Origin: Bdellovibrionales bacterium
Lineage (GTDB): Bacteria > Bdellovibrionota > Bdellovibrionia > Bdellovibrionales > JAMPXM01
DNA: 64,000 nt
Direction of reading: 5' to 3'
Assembly (NCBI GenBank): GCA_043739185.1
Contig: JAYUEN010000387.1
Location: forward strand, 27,518-91,517
Shown here in pieces: positions 26,775 to 37,056 of the stretch. The position numbers and the translations under genes are program-made. Every line of letters begins with the position of its first letter. The first letter of the stretch is position 1. A model generated the notes under the pieces. It had not been told where the DNA came from, searched no databases, and saw nothing but the letters and a program-made list of their open reading frames with translations.

Positions 26775-29072
26775 ATGTATTTAAATTTTAAACTTTTTGC
26801 ACTTCGTCTTCTGATCGGAGTTTTTTGTATGCTTTTCAAAAGTATGGCCTTTGCGACCATAACAATTCACGAAATTAAAGCCAATGAAGATATACAAACT
26901 TATTTAAATAGAACTGCGGGTAACGTTGATGCCACTTCCTTTCGCCAAATCTTAGGCGCTGCTTCAGATTTTAAAGAAGGCGATGAGAGTATTGGTCTGA
27001 GTGCTCATGATGAGGTTTCGCGCCAAAGAGCAAGACAGTTGCTCGCAAACACGAAGGTCCTTGCATTAGTTGAAAGTTCATACCTCGGCTCAGATTCGCA
27101 AGAGCAAATGATTCGCTCTTCAATAGACACCCCAATTTATAAATCGTTGCGGGATAAAAGCGTAGGCGAACTCAAAAGCTTTTTGCTGGGGGCTTCTGAG
27201 TTCGAGATCAAGAAAATCATGCCGGGACTTCACAGTGATGTAATTGCAGCGCTTGTAAAACTTATGTCAAATGAAGAGCTCATACAAATTGGACAGAAAG
27301 TTTTCAATCCATTGCCAAATAGTTCGATCGGAAAAAAAGGATATTTAAGTGCACGGCTTCAACCCAACTCCTCGACCGATCATCCTGGTGACATTCGCTG
27401 GCAGGTTTTCAATGGCTGGGCATTTGGCGTTGGGGACCTCATGTTGGGAAGCAATCCGGCTTCAAGTACCCCTGAAATTGTTCATCGGACGGAATTGCTT
27501 TTAAAAGACCTCGTCGAAAGCTTTGGCCTACGAGACGTACTTCCTTGGACAGTGCTTTCACATATAGATATTCAAAATACTGTTGAGCAAAAAGATCCGG
27601 GCAGTACGCGATTGTGGTTTCAAAGTATTGCTGGGAACGATGAGACCAATGCTGTTTTTGGAACTTCAGCCGCCAGCTTGATGGAGTATGCAAGAAAGCG
27701 AAAGGGCCAAAATTTTGGTTTGTACCTCGAGGCAGGACAAGGATCGGAAGTTACCAACGGGCACAGCAATGGACTTGATATGGGCACTCTCGAATCACGA
27801 AAGTACGGCTTGGCGCGGGCTTTAAAACACGCCCAAGGTGGAGAAAAATCTTGGATGGTAGTTAACGACGTCGCAGGATTTATCGGGCCTGAAGTCTTTC
27901 GTAGCAAAGAGCAGCTGGTTCGAGTGGCGCTCGAAGATACGGTAATGGGAAAATTGCATGGCCTGACAATGGGGCTAGATATTTGCTCGACCTTTCATAT
28001 GCCAATTACTCCAAAGGATTTACGCTGGGCAATTGATCACATCATGCCGGCCAATCCGGCCTATTTGATGGCGTTGCCAACGCACAATGATCCCATGCTG
28101 AGTTACAACACGACGCCCTTTCAAGAGCATTTAAGAATTCGCCAGAAGTTTAAATACAAATATGATGAAAGAATGAAAGCGTTTTTTATTAGATTGGGAA
28201 TAATCGATATTGGCGGAGAGCCAACGGAGCACTTTGGTGATCCAATTTGGGTTTACTATCAATATCAAAAAACTCGTGGTGTAACTCAGAGTTATTCTGA
28301 ATTTAAAAAACGGGCAGAAATTGAAATGCAAGAAGTGCAAAGACGTGGAGTGGCTTTATCGATTGGCTTTGGCAAAAATGTTTGGGATTTTAATGCAGAC
28401 CTTGATCGTTCACTTGAAGCTTTAGATGCAGCTGCCAGAGCCAGCATTCATGCCCCGTTAAATGCTGATTTCTTAACGAAATACTTTCCGAACTCCTTGC
28501 AATTGAATACTCAATCTGAAAATCGCGATCAATATTTGTCGAAGCCAATTTCGGGTGAGACTTTGTCCGAATTTTCGAAGGCGCAACTCTTGAAATTAAA
28601 TATCGGATCAAGTGATGTCATTCTGGTCATTTCGGATGGACTCAATTCAGATTCACTGATGGATGCAGGACATTTAGAGCCCTATCTCCAAGAGTTGAAA
28701 TTGCAATTGCAGAATCGCGGGCTCAAAATTCATCCTGATCCGATAATTGTTCACAATGCCAGAGTGCGAGTTTCCTATCGCATTGGTGAAGAACTATTTG
28801 CTCATTTCACTCAGACGGATCAAATCAAGTCTGTGATCAATATTGTCGGGGAGCGTCCCGGTAACGGGCACAATACTTATTCGGCATATCTTGCAACGGC
28901 AAGCGTGAGTGCATGGAAAGAAAAAAATCATGACCATGATCGCACCGAACTCGTATCTGGAATTTCAGATACATCTCTTGAGCCAAGACAAGCGGCTCAA
29001 GACAGTGTCGAGAAGATATTACTCAAAACTCAATTCATTCTCGGTAAGCAATGCATCGCTTTGTTCAACTGA
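26775..29072 (+). CDS. eutB-eutC: Fused ethanolamine ammonia-lyase (EutB-EutC) with predicted signal peptide
   Basis: EutB motifs ARLQPN, EAGQGS, VAGFIGPE, EDTVMGKLHGLTMGLDICST; EutC motifs ISDGL, ARVR, VGERPG; N-terminus ends AFA. Confidence 0.85.
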   Translation: MYLNFKLFALRLLIGVFCMLFKSMAFATITIHEIKANEDIQTYLNRTAGNVDATSFRQILGAASDFKEGDESIGLSAHDEVSRQRARQLLANTKVLALVESSYLGSDSQEQMIRSSIDTPIYKSLRDKSVGELKSFLLGASEFEIKKIMPGLHSDVIAALVKLMSNEELIQIGQKVFNPLPNSSIGKKGYLSARLQPNSSTDHPGDIRWQVFNGWAFGVGDLMLGSNPASSTPEIVHRTELLLKDLVESFGLRDVLPWTVLSHIDIQNTVEQKDPGSTRLWFQSIAGNDETNAVFGTSAASLMEYARKRKGQNFGLYLEAGQGSEVTNGHSNGLDMGTLESRKYGLARALKHAQGGEKSWMVVNDVAGFIGPEVFRSKEQLVRVALEDTVMGKLHGLTMGLDICSTFHMPITPKDLRWAIDHIMPANPAYLMALPTHNDPMLSYNTTPFQEHLRIRQKFKYKYDERMKAFFIRLGIIDIGGEPTEHFGDPIWVYYQYQKTRGVTQSYSEFKKRAEIEMQEVQRRGVALSIGFGKNVWDFNADLDRSLEALDAAARASIHAPLNADFLTKYFPNSLQLNTQSENRDQYLSKPISGETLSEFSKAQLLKLNIGSSDVILVISDGLNSDSLMDAGHLEPYLQELKLQLQNRGLKIHPDPIIVHNARVRVSYRIGEELFAHFTQTDQIKSVINIVGERPGNGHNTYSAYLATASVSAWKEKNHDHDRTELVSGISDTSLEPRQAAQDSVEKILLKTQFILGKQCIALFN

Positions 29073-30299
29073 TTTGGCTTCGGCTTCTTCAATGAAGTCG
29101 AGACTCTTACCAAAACTTTCGGACAAAATATAAATTGAAAACATGGCAATTGAATAGACGACGGCAGAAAGAATAAACGCAGAAGTTTGTGAGCCAAAAT
29201 GTCCACGCAAAAATAAAAATGAAAAGTTCAGCGGGATAACGGCTGATCTGATTAGATTCGGCACTGAAGTCGCAGCTGTCGATCGTAGATTTGTTCCAAA
29301 TTGTTCGGCTGTTAAAGTAATCAAGACTGCCCAATAGCCACAAGTTAAGCCTAAGAAAAAGCAGGCGATATAAAAAAGTTTAGTATTGGTTCCGACGCCA
29401 AAAAGAAATGCCAACATCAAACAAATGCCGAAAGCGAGACTAATAAGGATAGCTCTTCTTCGACTTTTTAAGAACTGGCTCAGAAGGCCGCATAAAACAT
29501 CACCCAAAGTCAGGCCTATCATGCCCCAAAGAAGAGATTGTCCAGCCGTCACTCCTACCAAACCCGCTTCTTTTGAAAGCTCAGGTGAAAAAGTAAAGAG
29601 AATCCCTGTCGTGAAGTAAACCGGAACCCCAGCGAGGACACACAGCGCGTAACGTTTCAAGCGAGACCCGGTAAATAGTAATTTAAGATCTCCACGATGA
29701 GTATTTTGTTTTGCCTTATTAAAAATGCTTGAATCTACCATGCTGAATCTTGCAAATAATAAAACTAATCCCATAAGGCCACCGATGATATAGGCGGTCT
29801 GCCAGTCGAGATATTGTCCTGAAAGTGAGGCCGCGACCGAACCCAATAAACCCAGGGCTGCAATCATGGTAGTCCCGTAGCCGCGAATTTCAGGAGCTAG
29901 GCTTTCACTGACGAGCGTAACCGCGGCACCAAGTTCACCAGCAAGGCCGACTCCGGCTAAAAATCTTAAGAGTGCATAGGTGGGAATATTAGTTGCAAAA
30001 GCATTTAGAAGATTTGCCACCGAATACAAGATTATAGAGCCAAACAAAACAGAGAGGCGGCCCTTTTTATCACCGAGTACTCCCCAAAGCAGACCTCCTA
30101 AAAGCATTCCCACCGCAAGCATATTTATGAGAAATACGCTTGTAGAAAGAATCTGCTCTGGCGAAGCATTGGGAAGAATAGCCTTGAGTGAGTTGATTCG
30201 CACCACGCCAAAAATGGTGAGATCAAACATATCTACGAAATACCCTAGGCCAGCTACTAGAACGGTTAAGTTAAAAGCTTTTTTCATAGCGAAGGTCAT
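29019..30299 (-). CDS. MFS transporter
   Basis: GYFVDMFD, GVLGDKKGR, RFLAGVGLAGELG, AEQFGTNLR; ~12 TM segments. Confidence 0.92.
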   Translation of the reverse strand: MTFAMKKAFNLTVLVAGLGYFVDMFDLTIFGVVRINSLKAILPNASPEQILSTSVFLINMLAVGMLLGGLLWGVLGDKKGRLSVLFGSIILYSVANLLNAFATNIPTYALLRFLAGVGLAGELGAAVTLVSESLAPEIRGYGTTMIAALGLLGSVAASLSGQYLDWQTAYIIGGLMGLVLLFARFSMVDSSIFNKAKQNTHRGDLKLLFTGSRLKRYALCVLAGVPVYFTTGILFTFSPELSKEAGLVGVTAGQSLLWGMIGLTLGDVLCGLLSQFLKSRRRAILISLAFGICLMLAFLFGVGTNTKLFYIACFFLGLTCGYWAVLITLTAEQFGTNLRSTAATSVPNLIRSAVIPLNFSFLFLRGHFGSQTSAFILSAVVYSIAMFSIYILSESFGKSLDFIEEAEAKSVEQSDALLTENELSFE

Positions 30300-30411
30300 A
30301 CTTAATTCTGCAGCTAAATGCTATTGAAAAAGTTCTATACATAAACCGCCCCTTTTGAGCTCTATTTTATTCGATTTAGGGCTTCAAAGCCCATTTACTC
30401 TCGGCGCTGGT

Positions 30412-30427
30412 GGGCACGAAAGATGCA
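30412..30427 (+). promoter_or_regulatory. Putative sigma-54 promoter
   Basis: GGGCACGAAAGATGCA (GG-N10-GC) upstream of 30479. Confidence 0.55.
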
Positions 30428-30478
30428 CTTCTAAGACCATATACATTCGTTTATGAATGAAATGAGAAGGAGATTGTT

Positions 30479-30715
30479 ATGAAATTAGGAATGCGTTCTT
30501 TATTCGTTCTTGCCGCTGGTATCTATATGATCGCTGCTAGTGCTTGTAGCACCACTGAGAAGGCTCCAGAGCAAGCTGCCGCAGTTGAAGCTCCCGCAAT
30601 TGCACCTGAATTGGCTCCTGCTCCTGTTGTGACTCAGGCGCCATCAATCGCGCAGAATGATTCAAGTAGTACTAAAGGTTTATGGGGAGCTAGCTCCACT
30701 GGCCGCAGCCACTAA
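30479..30715 (+). CDS. Small Ala/Pro-rich lipoprotein
   Basis: AGGAG RBS, ASAC lipobox. Confidence 0.75.
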   Translation: MKLGMRSLFVLAAGIYMIAASACSTTEKAPEQAAAVEAPAIAPELAPAPVVTQAPSIAQNDSSSTKGLWGASSTGRSH

Positions 30716-31489
30716 TTGTTCACGAATGGCCTTTGAGACTTCTCGAAGGCTTTGATCGAGAGCTTCGGTATAATAGATGAGTTTGCTCGTGCTCACGAAG
30801 CGAACTCGTGGGCTTAGCTCACTTATTGATTTTTCAAAATGTTTAGAAGACAAACACGATAACATTCCAAAAATTTGATTTTGTTTAAATTGGGAAGAGC
30901 CCATTGCGGCAAGAACCTTATTTATTCCGGGCTTATTAGAGCGATACCAGTTGAAATCGACATCTTTTGTTGCGCTCATTTTAGGGGGTGAAAAGTCGGG
31001 CCCTCCGCCATCTCGTGAGTGGCCAATATAAAAAGTCGCAAATGCTGAATTGAGTCCTGATAAAAGATTATTTTCTGAAATCAATGATTGGACATTTTGG
31101 TAAGGATTTTGGCGATTGAGATCGTCATTTGGGCCCACCGAACTAGGGGTAAGCTTGATTCGTACATTCAAGTTATTGGTTTTAGATAAAGAAAAAATTC
31201 TATTGAATGAGTCGCCATCCTGATCATCTCTGATAAAGCCGCAGATATTATTTTTAGCTTGTTTGCATGGCCTCGTTAAAAACTGAATGAGGTAGAGTCG
31301 CTCATAGCGGTCGCCTACAAAAAGTGTGGGGCGAGTGTCTTTGTATCCAAAGGCAATGCGGATATCGACAGAGTGTTGATTAATAATTTGCTGGTTAGGG
31401 CAATTTAAATTTAAAAACTGCAATAGTGTGCAGACAAATTTCGGAGCGAAATTGAAGTTCAAACGCTGCCTCCACTCAAGAGCGTGCAT
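30680..31489 (-). CDS. Hypothetical protein (start uncertain)
   Basis: 269-aa ORF coupled to the upstream gene; YIGHSRDGGGPDF segment. Confidence 0.65.
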   Translation of the reverse strand: MHALEWRQRLNFNFAPKFVCTLLQFLNLNCPNQQIINQHSVDIRIAFGYKDTRPTLFVGDRYERLYLIQFLTRPCKQAKNNICGFIRDDQDGDSFNRIFSLSKTNNLNVRIKLTPSSVGPNDDLNRQNPYQNVQSLISENNLLSGLNSAFATFYIGHSRDGGGPDFSPPKMSATKDVDFNWYRSNKPGINKVLAAMGSSQFKQNQIFGMLSCLSSKHFEKSISELSPRVRFVSTSKLIYYTEALDQSLREVSKAIREQLVAAASGASSP

Positions 31490-32220
31490 AGCCTTAAGAC
31501 ATCCGGTGGAGTCCTCGGATCTTCAAAGGGCTTGCACTTCTTTAGAAGAGGAATGGAGCTGGCGCGCATTCTCGACGGAATTTCGCGTAATAGATAAAGA
31601 GCTTGCCACCTCATTTGAATGATCGGTGATTCGAGTGCGATCTGAATGAGTTGAACATAGCTCGTGGGACCACCGTCTCTTAGCAAGTAGCTGCGGGCAT
31701 AGTTGAGAACCGCTGATTTGACCTCATACCAACTTTGCTCATATATCAGCTTGAGCTCCTCACTTGTGAATGGTTGTGCGATTTGAGATAGTGTATCGAG
31801 CAACAGGCTTTGGGCTGCAGGCGAAACTCCGCAGGTCTTGGCGCATAAAAGACGTTCACGATAAATACCGGCAATCATCGCTTGATTTTTTGCGGTTAAC
31901 AGAGCGTCGATGCTGAGGTAAAAGACTCCAGAGGAATCGGTTTTAGCGAGCTCTAATAAGTCGGGAAGAAAATCCTCAAAGCCAAGAGAAGAAATGACAT
32001 CTAAGGCAAGATTGCGTTTTGAAGCTTTGAGTTCTTTCTTTAGAATTTTTTTGAGATGAGGAATTTTAAGTAATTTATGAATTGCCTTTTTTCGAACACC
32101 TTCAGATTCACCGGTTAAGCGCAATGCTTCTAGTGTCCAATCTGTCTTTTGGCTTGGAGCTTTTGCCGCCCAAGCCGAAGTGTATAAAAATGTCAGAGAA
32201 AGCAAAATTAAAAGTCGCAT
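31459..32220 (-). CDS. Exported helical (HEAT-like) hypothetical protein
   Basis: Signal peptide ending AWA; Leu-rich helical repeats. Confidence 0.7.
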   Translation of the reverse strand: MRLLILLSLTFLYTSAWAAKAPSQKTDWTLEALRLTGESEGVRKKAIHKLLKIPHLKKILKKELKASKRNLALDVISSLGFEDFLPDLLELAKTDSSGVFYLSIDALLTAKNQAMIAGIYRERLLCAKTCGVSPAAQSLLLDTLSQIAQPFTSEELKLIYEQSWYEVKSAVLNYARSYLLRDGGPTSYVQLIQIALESPIIQMRWQALYLLREIPSRMRASSIPLLKKCKPFEDPRTPPDVLRLCTLLSGGSV

Positions 32221-32282
32221 GAAGTCTTATTATCGGTAAGAGTGCCATCGACTATGACACTCGACTTCAGTCCTTTTAAAAT

Positions 32283-33242
32283 TTAGTCATTGGCAGCTCT
32301 TTGGGCGCGGCTAGTTTTAATATCAGCCTTAAGCAATTGCATTTTCTGGCGCCATTCTTGTCTTAACTTCGAGGCTTCAGCCTTCATCAAATTTCGTTTT
32401 GCGTGTTTCATATGAGCGCGAGCCACTTCGATTTCGCTGCGAATAGAGGCTTCGTTAAGTTGAACTTTGCTTTCGTAAATCTTTTTCCAGTAACCACCAA
32501 AGCCCATGACTTTGCCGCCAGCTCCCCAACCCAATCCAAAGCCCATGACAAAACATCGGCTGGCGGTTGCCACTTTTTTAAAGTCTTCGATGATAAGAGA
32601 GTGATCTTGATGTGACTTCATTTGTTTAAAAGCTGCCTTAAGGCCGGCCAAATCTTTTCCGTCTACTCCAATAGCGAATTCAGCATCCATGTCTTTCACA
32701 AAGCCCACGTCGCCTGTAAGACCAAGGGCATATCCTTCATAGTCTGCAACTTTATCCAGATTAAATACAAGGTCGACATAAACGCCACGGCTGAGCATCG
32801 CGCCAGCGCCTGCTTCTAAGTCAATGAAGGGAAACACACCAAATCCCACGGTGCCATCATCTTGCATTAAAAAAAGTAATTCCGTGCCGATATCGCCGCC
32901 AACCATAAAACCAGCATCGGTATCGATACCTACAGCAATTCCAACAGGAAGAGGAAGATTATGCTTATATGCTGAAGCAATTAATTTATCCATTTTCTCT
33001 TGAAATTTAGCCATGTATTTTTCGTTGGCGTCTTTTTTAGCCAATTCTAAAACTGCAACGCTCGCAACTTTAACTAAATTTTCGAGACGCTCCTTTGAAT
33101 TCAGAGTCTTCTCTTCGGTGGCCTTTACGGCTTCTCCAGTAGGAGCTGCTTGCGAACTAGAGGCTACTTCAGTTGCAAAAGAATAAGTGCTAACTAAATT
33201 AAGCGATAAACAAAGCAATAAAGCATGACTTAAAAGCTTCAT
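32283..33242 (-). CDS. Exported hypothetical protein with Gly-rich beta core and helical ends
   Basis: Signal peptide MKLLSH...SFA; start re-assigned to 33242. Confidence 0.7.
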   Translation of the reverse strand: MKLLSHALLLCLSLNLVSTYSFATEVASSSQAAPTGEAVKATEEKTLNSKERLENLVKVASVAVLELAKKDANEKYMAKFQEKMDKLIASAYKHNLPLPVGIAVGIDTDAGFMVGGDIGTELLFLMQDDGTVGFGVFPFIDLEAGAGAMLSRGVYVDLVFNLDKVADYEGYALGLTGDVGFVKDMDAEFAIGVDGKDLAGLKAAFKQMKSHQDHSLIIEDFKKVATASRCFVMGFGLGWGAGGKVMGFGGYWKKIYESKVQLNEASIRSEIEVARAHMKHAKRNLMKAEASKLRQEWRQKMQLLKADIKTSRAQRAAND

Positions 33243-33291
33243 GGGATACCTTTCATTAATAGAATAATCTAATCTTGAGTGACCTAGCGTC

Positions 33292-33307
33292 TGCACGGCT
33301 TATGCCT
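33292..33307 (-). promoter_or_regulatory. Putative sigma-54 promoter
   Basis: AGGCATAAGCCGTGCA (GG-N10-GC), 50 nt upstream of ATG 33242. Confidence 0.5.
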
Positions 33308-33551
33308 TTTTTAAAATGCAGTCAGCAGCGCTTAGTTTGCTTCTGGGTGAAAGTTGAGTGCCGAAATCTGTCACTAATGTTTATAAAATGGACATAGATG
33401 GTCGCTATTTCGAAATTTGCTAGGGCCTCATCCCTCTATTTCGGAAGGACCAGCATGAAAATCGAGAAGACCTAGGACCAACAATATTGGTCCGCGGTCA
33501 ATAAATTATAGATCGGCTCGAGACCTTTGAACTGAAAAAATATTCAGTCGC

Positions 33552-34631
33552 TTAGTTCTGCATTTCCTCAAGTAACTTCTTCAATATTAAGTTCTGTTGC
33601 TCATCCGTTACTAAGTGTAACTTGTCACTATTGGCTTTGGCACGGATGGCAATTGCATCGAGTAGCGAAGCAAGGCGAATGCCTCCGGTAATGAGTTGTG
33701 ACTCAATGACTGACTTCACATTTTTAGTCACATAATCAGTTGGTAATACCTGGGCATCGGAGTCAGCAAGAGTGGTCGCTGAAGATTCTCCAAGCGTTCC
33801 CTTGGTTTGGTCTGAATACCAACGGCAATAGCTTCGTTTTCGATAAGCCTGGGGATCGCCATTTAAATTGTCTGGGTAGATGCTCTCACGTAGTTGTGCT
33901 GAGGAGTCAAGCCAGCCACTCACTCTTTGCCCCAAGTCTTTTGAAAAACTAATGTCGTCGCTTGTGTTTAGAGTAATTTTACTTGCATTGAATTTATCTG
34001 TGGCTTTGGCCTTCATAGCGGAAATAAATTGTGGGTAATAGCTTAGTGGTTTGGTATTGTTATCTGCTTTATAGGTTTCGCCCAATTTTAGTACGAGTTC
34101 AGTATCCCAAAATGAATGAAAATTGAGGGGCTTACTTTTTTCGTTTAATTTTATGCGGCACTCATTGCCGCCGCGATCATAGCCATTGCCAACGTGTAAA
34201 GGTTGGTGAATGTCGCCTACAATATGAATCAAATATCGAAGTGCTATGAGCTTTTCTTCAGGTGTACTTTCATTAGCTTGAATCAATATTTTACTTGCAC
34301 CAACTATGGCGCCATAGGCGTCTTTAGGATCTTTATTGGGTCTATTGGCAAATGTAAATCCTGTAGGAATTTCTGAAAAATGAAAGGGAGCAAAATCAGA
34401 ATCTCGACTTGAAAAGCGGGCGTCGTCGCGGACGTGGTCCGGCCAATTCGCGGCAACTGCCACAGGCTCTATGCCTAAAATGCCGCGTACAAAGTCTTTG
34501 GTCTCAGCTTGCATGCGCTCTTCAGCCACAGCCCCAACAATTTGATGGCCGAGATCTCCCCAGGCCAAAGCTGAATTTATTTTTAGCAAAGTCAAAGTCA
34601 GGATAAAAACAATTTTCATAGAATTCTCCAT
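33552..34631 (-). CDS. Secreted S1/P1 nuclease
   Basis: ALA|WGDLGH, WPDHVR, HIVGDIHQPLH, DRGGN, HSFWD zinc motifs. Confidence 0.93.
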   Translation of the reverse strand: MENSMKIVFILTLTLLKINSALAWGDLGHQIVGAVAEERMQAETKDFVRGILGIEPVAVAANWPDHVRDDARFSSRDSDFAPFHFSEIPTGFTFANRPNKDPKDAYGAIVGASKILIQANESTPEEKLIALRYLIHIVGDIHQPLHVGNGYDRGGNECRIKLNEKSKPLNFHSFWDTELVLKLGETYKADNNTKPLSYYPQFISAMKAKATDKFNASKITLNTSDDISFSKDLGQRVSGWLDSSAQLRESIYPDNLNGDPQAYRKRSYCRWYSDQTKGTLGESSATTLADSDAQVLPTDYVTKNVKSVIESQLITGGIRLASLLDAIAIRAKANSDKLHLVTDEQQNLILKKLLEEMQN

Positions 34632-34790
34632 CTGAAAAAATTTTTAGTTTTCAGCTTTCTATGCAAGTTGTGCCAGATGCTAAAAAGGGCCAAGCTCACG
34701 AGAGTTCAAAAGAAAATGACTTTATAGAGCGCATCCTTTGTATTTTTTGCAAGAAGTAAAGTCTCAAATGCATCACTCTTTTATGGAGGC

Positions 34791-34806
34791 TGGCAGATGA
34801 CTTGCA
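34791..34806 (+). promoter_or_regulatory. Putative sigma-54 promoter
   Basis: TGGCAGATGACTTGCA (GG-N10-GC, near consensus). Confidence 0.65.
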
Positions 34807-34846
34807 CTCTTTTTGAATCCTAAAGCGCAAAATTAAAGGAAATTGT

Positions 34847-36085
34847 ATGCTCAGGATTTTTGCCATTCCAATTGTAATATTAGTAGTGGGTTGCGCCGGC
34901 GGAGGTTCTTCGTCGTCTGTTACGAGTATCGACAAACCAAATATCCCAGGTAATAACGAAGGCACACCGCCGATTTCTCCCCAAACTTCTCGCGAAAAAC
35001 CCGAGACTATCGAAAAGCCAAAAATTATTACTGAGATGGAGAATCTAGGATTCAGTGTAAGACTAGATGCTAAAGACAAAGATGGATCTCAGGCGGCCCA
35101 ATTGATTGAGGCGGTGAAATCAGACTTGCTCAATCATCATGAGCTTTTTTCGAAAATTGGATTTAATGATTATTTCGAATATGACCCAATTAAGTTAGAG
35201 CTTCATTTGTCTCACGATTTTGATTCGAACCGAATTGAAATGCGGACAATTCTTGAAATGAGCGAATTTGGCAAGGCCCTGGGAAATATCACAATTGCTA
35301 CGCCTGCACTTTATCCGCATATGGCCTGGCCCAAATTGAAAGCCAAAATTGAGCCATACAAAGACAAAATTAAATCAAGAGCGAAATATATACGCCACAT
35401 TGAAACCTTTAATATTTCAGATCAATATTACCCTATGACAAGACTTCTTGCCGTCAATGAAGAATGGGATTCATCCTACCTTGAAACCGCCCTGAAAGAA
35501 GTTGACCAAAGTAAATTCTTTTTGGATCAGTTGCCAAATATTCGCTTGAATATCAATCGCGGCGCTATGAGTTTAAACTACGATCAAAGCTATGAAAGTT
35601 TGCAATTGCTTACCCCATCGCTAAATTTATTGGGCCAGACTATGACAAAGTTTGAAATTGAGAGTCTCGGAATTGAAGATTCAATTGGTCTCAACTGCAA
35701 ATTTCACCTTAGTGAAGCGCGAAGAGAAGTGCGGATTTTTGCATTTACTAGTGAAAACATCAAAGACAATTCATGCTCAGTTTCAGAGTTGGTAAAGCGC
35801 ATTGCCACCGACCTTGAAATTGAAAAGGAACTAAAGCTTAAAATCAGCGAAGAATATATGACTTCATCTTCGTCGATCAATCTCGGGCCATCAGCTGAAG
35901 GCTTGAAAATAATCGAGTCCCTTAAGAAAATTTTGGCTGAACGAAAAGACAAATTCAAAGAGGTGCGAATTTCAGACCACTTTCACAGCGAAGAAGTCTG
36001 TGAGCTAAAGCGCGACGTCTTAAGTATCACAAAGCATGCTTTTGATTTGGCTGCTACGAAAGCATGTATTCAAAAGCTTCAGTAG
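34847..36085 (+). CDS. Hypothetical lipoprotein
   Basis: VVGC lipobox followed by GGGSSS linker; 412-aa ORF. Confidence 0.75.
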   Translation: MLRIFAIPIVILVVGCAGGGSSSSVTSIDKPNIPGNNEGTPPISPQTSREKPETIEKPKIITEMENLGFSVRLDAKDKDGSQAAQLIEAVKSDLLNHHELFSKIGFNDYFEYDPIKLELHLSHDFDSNRIEMRTILEMSEFGKALGNITIATPALYPHMAWPKLKAKIEPYKDKIKSRAKYIRHIETFNISDQYYPMTRLLAVNEEWDSSYLETALKEVDQSKFFLDQLPNIRLNINRGAMSLNYDQSYESLQLLTPSLNLLGQTMTKFEIESLGIEDSIGLNCKFHLSEARREVRIFAFTSENIKDNSCSVSELVKRIATDLEIEKELKLKISEEYMTSSSSINLGPSAEGLKIIESLKKILAERKDKFKEVRISDHFHSEEVCELKRDVLSITKHAFDLAATKACIQKLQ

Positions 36086-36096
36086 GAAGAAGAAGT

Positions 36097-37056
36097 TTAA
36101 TAATGTTTGGAAGTTTCGGAGCCAAACATAAATGAAAGTCCGGCCCCAACTTCAAAACCATTAACATTGCCGGCAATATCCTGACTCTTACTATTTTGAA
36201 TTGCGTTGTCACTTCCGCCCTCTTGAATGGCCCAAAACGGAATTCCGATATGATAAATTCCTTGAACATACCACGTGAAGGGGGATCTGGTGAAACCGCG
36301 CAGAGCAAGTCCCAAGCCAAAATCATAACCAACATTTCCATATTTTTTTGAGTCACTATTCGTTGAGATGGTATTCATATAGCCTGCGGCAAAAAAAGGT
36401 AGAGCAAGTTGAACATTGCCCCAGCTCGTATAAGGGTCGATAAGGCTAAAGAAAATATTGGCAAATAATTCTTGGTGGCTCAGGCTGCCACCGCCTGAAA
36501 CCGTATTGTAAACTAAGGTTTTGCCTGAAGAGTTGGGAATTTTGACAGAGTCGGTAAATGTACCTGTAGCTCGTTTGTAGCCAATGAATCCCTTTCCCCA
36601 GTGAAAGCCAACAGCAAAAGGAGCAGTTAAATTTCCGTTTACTTCAGCGACAAATGAAGGGCTATAGGTGAAACTTTTTTCAAGAAAGATTCCACTAGAG
36701 TTTGTGCCGTAAATATCTTGACCCTGGCGCTTGGCGCGGTCCTTTAACTCTAGCATTTTGGATTCAACAGCTAATGCAACGCTTTGCGAAGGGGCTAATT
36801 TCAAATATTGATCGTAGGCCGAAACAGATTGGGAGAGGTGTTCGAGTCTTTCTTCAGTTAAGCCCAGCATAAACCAAGCCTCGGCGTCTTTAGGTTGCGC
36901 CTCAGTCGCGCTCTTGGCTTCGATATTGGCTTCGAGCCAACGTTTCTCCTTTGCCAACTTATAAGCTCTCAACGAAGAACCCGGAGCTTGCGTCTGAGCA
37001 AAGGAATAAATTGGTATCAATAACGAAAATGCTAGGACGATGAGAGATTTTTTCAT
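36097..37056 (-). CDS. Exported TPR protein with C-terminal beta-barrel-like region
   Basis: Signal peptide; PKDAEAWFMLG...YDQYLKLAP TPR; amphipathic strands ending GFEVGAGLSFMF. Confidence 0.7.
   Translation of the reverse strand: MKKSLIVLAFSLLIPIYSFAQTQAPGSSLRAYKLAKEKRWLEANIEAKSATEAQPKDAEAWFMLGLTEERLEHLSQSVSAYDQYLKLAPSQSVALAVESKMLELKDRAKRQGQDIYGTNSSGIFLEKSFTYSPSFVAEVNGNLTAPFAVGFHWGKGFIGYKRATGTFTDSVKIPNSSGKTLVYNTVSGGGSLSHQELFANIFFSLIDPYTSWGNVQLALPFFAAGYMNTISTNSDSKKYGNVGYDFGLGLALRGFTRSPFTWYVQGIYHIGIPFWAIQEGGSDNAIQNSKSQDIAGNVNGFEVGAGLSFMFGSETSKHY

Noticed and set aside
34661..34676. TGGCACAACTTGCA upstream of the S1/P1 nuclease as a sigma-54 promoter
   Set aside because: GG-GC spacing is 8, not 10. 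Near-misses at 22000, 26585 and 59425 were also excluded.
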